Source of the DNA: Pelagibacteraceae bacterium AG-422-B15
GTDB taxonomy: Bacteria > Pseudomonadota > Alphaproteobacteria > Pelagibacterales > AG-422-B15
Direction: 5' to 3'
Assembly (NCBI GenBank): GCA_905182445.1
Contig: CAJJBM010000027.1
Span: 1-49,659 of the forward strand
Length of the DNA: 49,659 nt
Shown: in pieces, positions 46,271 to 49,659 of the stretch
How the letters are laid out: each line of letters starts with the position of its first letter
Position numbering within the stretch: position 1 is the first letter of the stretch
The notes under the pieces: generated by a model
The model's input: the letters and a program-made list of their open reading frames with translations, nothing else
Told to the model about the DNA's origin: nothing
The model's database searches: none
Translations under genes and position numbers: made by a program

Positions 46271-48421
46271 TTAGTGTTTTTTTGATATAAGCTTTATCAC
46301 TTCTTCAGCAGAAACTAGAATACTAGTTCCTGGTCCAAAAATTGCTGAAACATTATTATCATATAAGAATTGATAATCTTGTTCAGGTACTACTCCTCCA
46401 ACAAAGACTATTATTTTATTATTTTTATCTATTGCGTTAAGACTCTTCATTAATTCTGGAACTAAAGTTCTATGGCCTGCGGCAAGTGTAGATACACCAA
46501 TAGCATGAACATCATTTTCAATTGCATCTTTTGCTACATCTTTTGGTGATTGAAATAGAGGCCCCATATCAATATCAAAGCCTAAATCAGCAAACGAAGT
46601 TGCAACAATTTTAGCGCCTCTATCATGACCATCTTGTCCCATTTTAACAATCAGAACTCTTGGCCTTCTTCCATTTTCTTTTTCAAAAGTATCAATTTTA
46701 TTTTGTATTTCCATAAACTTTTCATCTTTCTCAAAAAACTTTCCATAGACCCCTGAAACACCTACGTTTGTAGCATAATGTCGACCGAAAGCATCTTCAA
46801 GTGCTTTTGAAACTTCACCCACAGTACCTCTAGCTCGCATTGCCTCAATGCTTAAAGCAAGTAAGTTACCAGAGTTATTTTTTGCTGCTTCAGTAATTCT
46901 ACTAAGATGACCTTCTAAAATTTTACTATCTCTTTCTATTTTTAAAGTAGTAATTTTTTTTATCTGATCTTCTCTAACTTTTTCATTATCTATAACCAAC
47001 ACATCAATTTTAGGTTCCTTAGGATTTTTATACTTATTGACACCAACTACTACTTGTTTCCCACTATCAATTTTTGCTTGTTTTTTAGTTGCTGATTCTT
47101 CGATGCTCAGCTTAGGCATTCCAGCTGCAACAGCTTTGGTCATTCCCCCAAATTCTTCAACTTCCTCAATAATTTTCCAAGCAGCAGAACATATATCTTC
47201 TGTTAGTTTTTCAACAAAGTATGATCCTGCTAATGGATCAACAGTGTTCGTTACCCCTGTTTCATTTTGAAGAATTAACTGAGTGTTTCTTGCAATTCTT
47301 GATGAAAACTCAGTTGGTAAAGCAATTGCTTCATCAAATGAATTTGTATGAAGACTTTGAGTTCCTCCCAATACAGCTGATAAAGCCTCATAGGAAGTTC
47401 TTACAATATTATTGTAGGGATCTTTTTCAGTCAAAGAAACTCCTGAGGTTTGACAATGAGTTCTCAAAGTTAAAGACTTTTCATTAGTTGCACCAAAGTC
47501 TTGCATAATTTTAGCCCATAATGTTCTTGCTGCTCTAAGTTTTGCTATTTCCATAAAAAAATCAGTCCCAATAGCAAAAAAGAACGAAAGTCTTGGAGCA
47601 AAATCATCAACAGCTAACCCCTTTGATAGCGCCGCCCTAACATATTCCATACCATCCGCTAATGTAAAAGCTAATTCTTGAACATTATTAGCTCCTGCTT
47701 CCTGCATATGATATCCAGATATAGAAATAGAGTTAAATTTTGGCATTTCTTTAGCAGTATATTCAATTATATCTGCCACTAATCTCATGGATGGCTCTGG
47801 CGGGTAAATATAAGTATTACGAACCATAAATTCTTTTAGAATATCGTTTTGAATTGTTCCTGATAAAACCTTCCTATCAAGACCTTGTTCTTCGCCTGCT
47901 ACAATAAATGCTGCAAGCACTGGAAGAACAGCACCATTCATAGTCATTGATACTGACATCTTGTCTAGTGGAATTCCATCAAACAAAATTTTCATATCTT
48001 CTACACTATCAATTGCCACTCCAGCTTTACCAACATCACCCATTACTAATTCATCATCTGAGTCATAACCTCTGTGAGTTGGTAAATCAAAAGCAACTGA
48101 AAGACCCATTTGCCCGGCTTCTAGATTTTTTCTATAAAATTTATTTGACTCTTCTGCGGTAGAAAATCCAGCATACTGTCTGACTGTCCAAGGTCTATTT
48201 GTATACATAGAAGCTTTTGGTCCACGAGTGTAAGGCCACTCGCCGGGAAGAGTTTGAATATCGTTGAATGTATAGCCTAGTAAATCTTCTTTGGTATATA
48301 GAGGGTTGATATTAATACCTTCATCAGTCTCATGAAAGAACTGTTTAGAAGTCTCAATTTTTACTTCTTTAGAAAATTTTTTTTCCCAATCACTAAGTCT
48401 TTTACTTTTATCTTTTTTCAT
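46271..48421 (-). CDS. mcm: Methylmalonyl-CoA mutase (single-chain, substrate barrel + B12-binding domain)
   Basis: 716 aa. Typical [17 protein letters not shown] and TMNGAVLP motifs. C-terminal cobalamin-binding DxHxxG motif (QDGHDRGAK). Confidence 0.95.
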   Translation of the reverse strand: MKKDKSKRLSDWEKKFSKEVKIETSKQFFHETDEGININPLYTKEDLLGYTFNDIQTLPGEWPYTRGPKASMYTNRPWTVRQYAGFSTAEESNKFYRKNLEAGQMGLSVAFDLPTHRGYDSDDELVMGDVGKAGVAIDSVEDMKILFDGIPLDKMSVSMTMNGAVLPVLAAFIVAGEEQGLDRKVLSGTIQNDILKEFMVRNTYIYPPEPSMRLVADIIEYTAKEMPKFNSISISGYHMQEAGANNVQELAFTLADGMEYVRAALSKGLAVDDFAPRLSFFFAIGTDFFMEIAKLRAARTLWAKIMQDFGATNEKSLTLRTHCQTSGVSLTEKDPYNNIVRTSYEALSAVLGGTQSLHTNSFDEAIALPTEFSSRIARNTQLILQNETGVTNTVDPLAGSYFVEKLTEDICSAAWKIIEEVEEFGGMTKAVAAGMPKLSIEESATKKQAKIDSGKQVVVGVNKYKNPKEPKIDVLVIDNEKVREDQIKKITTLKIERDSKILEGHLSRITEAAKNNSGNLLALSIEAMRARGTVGEVSKALEDAFGRHYATNVGVSGVYGKFFEKDEKFMEIQNKIDTFEKENGRRPRVLIVKMGQDGHDRGAKIVATSFADLGFDIDMGPLFQSPKDVAKDAIENDVHAIGVSTLAAGHRTLVPELMKSLNAIDKNNKIIVFVGGVVPEQDYQFLYDNNVSAIFGPGTSILVSAEEVIKLISKKH

Positions 48422-48602
48422 TTTGTCTTTATATGGAACATTGATAATTTGTTATATATAGTTTATTAAATATATTGTGTAATAGAATATTAATAGAACA
48501 TACGATGTTAGTGATTCGATCCTCATTTCTACCTGATTTGTTCTATACTTTATGCTATATATAGTAACTAATAATAACACCTATACAATTTAATAGAGCA
48601 AA

Positions 48603-49052
48603 ATGTTTGATAAATTAAAGACTTTTTTTGATAAAAAAACTGAAATTTCAGAATTTAGTTTTGATTCTGACAAAATTGCTATTGTCGCGCTTCTAATATC
48701 AACTGCAAAATATGATGGAAATTTTGATGATTCTGAAAAAATTGAAATTCAGAAATTAATAGAAAGTTATTTTTCTTTATCAAGCCAAAATACTGGTGAT
48801 CTTTTTAAAGCTGCAGAAAGAATCGAAAGTGAAGCTAATGATTTACAGCAGTTTACAAGATCTTTAAATGAAGTGCTAAATGAAGAAGAAAAACTAACAA
48901 TTATGGAATTGATTTGGAAGATTGTTATGGCAGATGGCATTATAGATAATTATGAGGAAAATCTGGTAAGGCGATTAAGCGGTCTTTTATATTTACAGGA
49001 TAAAGACATAGGAAATATAAAAAATAAATTGATCAATGACATACATAGTTAA
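48603..49052 (+). CDS. TerB-family (tellurite-resistance-like / DjlA N-domain-like) protein
   Basis: 149 aa. Pattern [17 protein letters not shown]...[21 protein letters not shown] typical of TerB-like domains. Confidence 0.7.
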   Translation: MFDKLKTFFDKKTEISEFSFDSDKIAIVALLISTAKYDGNFDDSEKIEIQKLIESYFSLSSQNTGDLFKAAERIESEANDLQQFTRSLNEVLNEEEKLTIMELIWKIVMADGIIDNYEENLVRRLSGLLYLQDKDIGNIKNKLINDIHS

Positions 49053-49365
49053 TGACAAATGTATAAAATGCAAATTTACAGACTGCGTAGATGTCTGTCC
49101 TGTTGATTGCTTTTACGAAGGCGAGAATATGCTCGTAATAAATCCAGATGAGTGTATAGATTGTGGAGTTTGCGAACCTGAATGCCCAGTAGATGCAATT
49201 GTCTCAGATACTGAAGAAGGTGCTGTAGATTGGATTGAGTTAAATGATAAATATTCAAGGGTATGGCCCAATATAAATGAAACAAAAGAGCCCCTCCCTG
49301 ATGCAAATAAACATGAGAATGAAGAAGGCAAATTTAATAAGTATTTTTCACTAAATATAAAATAA
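49036..49365 (+). CDS. fdxA: 7Fe ferredoxin (3Fe-4S + 4Fe-4S)
   Basis: [26 protein letters not shown] and [16 protein letters not shown] cluster motifs. Confidence 0.95.
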   Translation: MTYIVNDKCIKCKFTDCVDVCPVDCFYEGENMLVINPDECIDCGVCEPECPVDAIVSDTEEGAVDWIELNDKYSRVWPNINETKEPLPDANKHENEEGKFNKYFSLNIK

Positions 49366-49379
49366 TAATTGAGGTAAAT

Positions 49380-49659
49380 ATGAAAAAAGAAAAAATAAAT
49401 AAATCAAAAAAGAATGTGTCTATAAAAAAAGTTAACAAGAAAACGGCCGCTAAAGAAAAGATAGTAACAAAAAAAGTCGCTAAAAAGACAGCGGTTAAGA
49501 ATGAAGCTACTAAAAAGAAAGTAGTTAAAAAGACAGCGGTTAAGAATGTAGCTACTAAAAAGAAAGTAGCTAAAAAGAAAGTATCTAAAAAGACAGTAGT
49601 TAAGAAAAAAGTAGTTAAGAAAAAAGTAGTTAAGAAAAAAGTAGTTAAGAAAAAAGTAG
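49380..49659 (+). CDS. Lysine-rich repeat protein, histone H1-like (partial, continues off the right edge)
   Basis: GAGG at 49371-49374, then ATG at 49380. Translation is MKKEKINKSKKNVSIKKVNKKTAAKEKIVTKKVAKKTAVKNEATKKKVVKKTAVKNVATKKKVAKKKVSKKTVVKKKVVKKKVVKKKVVKKK. Absent from the ORF track because it is open-ended. Confidence 0.7.
   Translation, partial: MKKEKINKSKKNVSIKKVNKKTAAKEKIVTKKVAKKTAVKNEATKKKVVKKTAVKNVATKKKVAKKKVSKKTVVKKKVVKKKVVKKKVVKKKV
49482..49659 (+). repeat. In-frame tandem repeats: 2 x 45 nt followed by at least 4 x 15 nt
   Basis: 49482-49526 and 49527-49571 differ at only 2 positions. GTAGTTAAGAAAAAA repeats at 49596, 49611, 49626 and 49641 and runs into the window edge. Confidence 0.85.

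Noticed and set aside
47037-48162. Three plus-strand ORFs (71-88 aa) inside the methylmalonyl-CoA mutase gene
   Set aside because: They are antisense to a strongly supported gene.
48422-48602. Cobalamin riboswitch upstream of the mutase gene
   Set aside because: The spacer is extremely AT-rich. I see no B12-box-like GC-rich core or conserved helices. Such riboswitches normally control synthesis or transport genes, not the mutase.
49076-49331. Two minus-strand ORFs (72-76 aa) inside fdxA
   Set aside because: They are antisense to a ferredoxin gene with perfect cluster motifs.
49440-49659. Short tandem repeats as a possible CRISPR array
   Set aside because: The repeats are contiguous with no unique spacers, lie in frame within a Lys-rich ORF, and there are no cas genes. 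They are coding tandem repeats.

Overview
AT-rich segment (about 30% GC by eye) with very short intergenic spacers and many overlapping stop/start codons. It looks like the chromosome of a streamlined marine-type alphaproteobacterium (Pelagibacterales or HIMB59-like). That placement is inferred from composition and from alphaproteobacterial synteny such as bolA / J-domain / cobS / cobT / rpmB and terB / fdxA.

About 55 genes, almost all core housekeeping:
- recR-ybaB-dnaX with an SRP RNA just upstream
- nudC, pheA, kdsB, a membrane-anchored cytochrome c, ampG, a cytoplasmic NlpC/P60 peptidase, cspA, azlCD, nth
- an inverted-topology (NewPHL-type) photolyase
- tRNA-Ser(GGA), lepA, and the classical thrS-infC-rpmI-rplT-pheS-pheT block
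- two LPS-core glycosyltransferases, aroK-aroB, a CorC/TlyC transporter
- meaB plus B12-dependent methylmalonyl-CoA mutase, fdxA, and a partial lysine-repeat H1-like protein at the right edge

The only clearly accessory block is a copper-homeostasis cluster on the 3' side of tRNA-Ser. It holds a CopI-like cupredoxin, the CopA multicopper oxidase, CopB, a cytochrome c, a second diverged cupredoxin, a beta-lactamase-fold hydrolase and a small secreted Cys protein.

I saw no transposase, integrase, prophage, CRISPR array or recognisable defence system, and I cannot point to a convincing new multi-gene system. The best leads are:
1. An E. coli-type A AAA AAG -1 frameshift cassette in a minimal dnaX.
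2. A lipoprotein fusing a blue-copper domain to a NosD-like beta-helix, at the head of a tight five-gene membrane cluster.
3. The orphan J-domain / CobS (AAA+) / CobT (vWA) module.
4. The extra genes in the copper cluster.

All functional calls come from motif recognition by eye. No database search was run.
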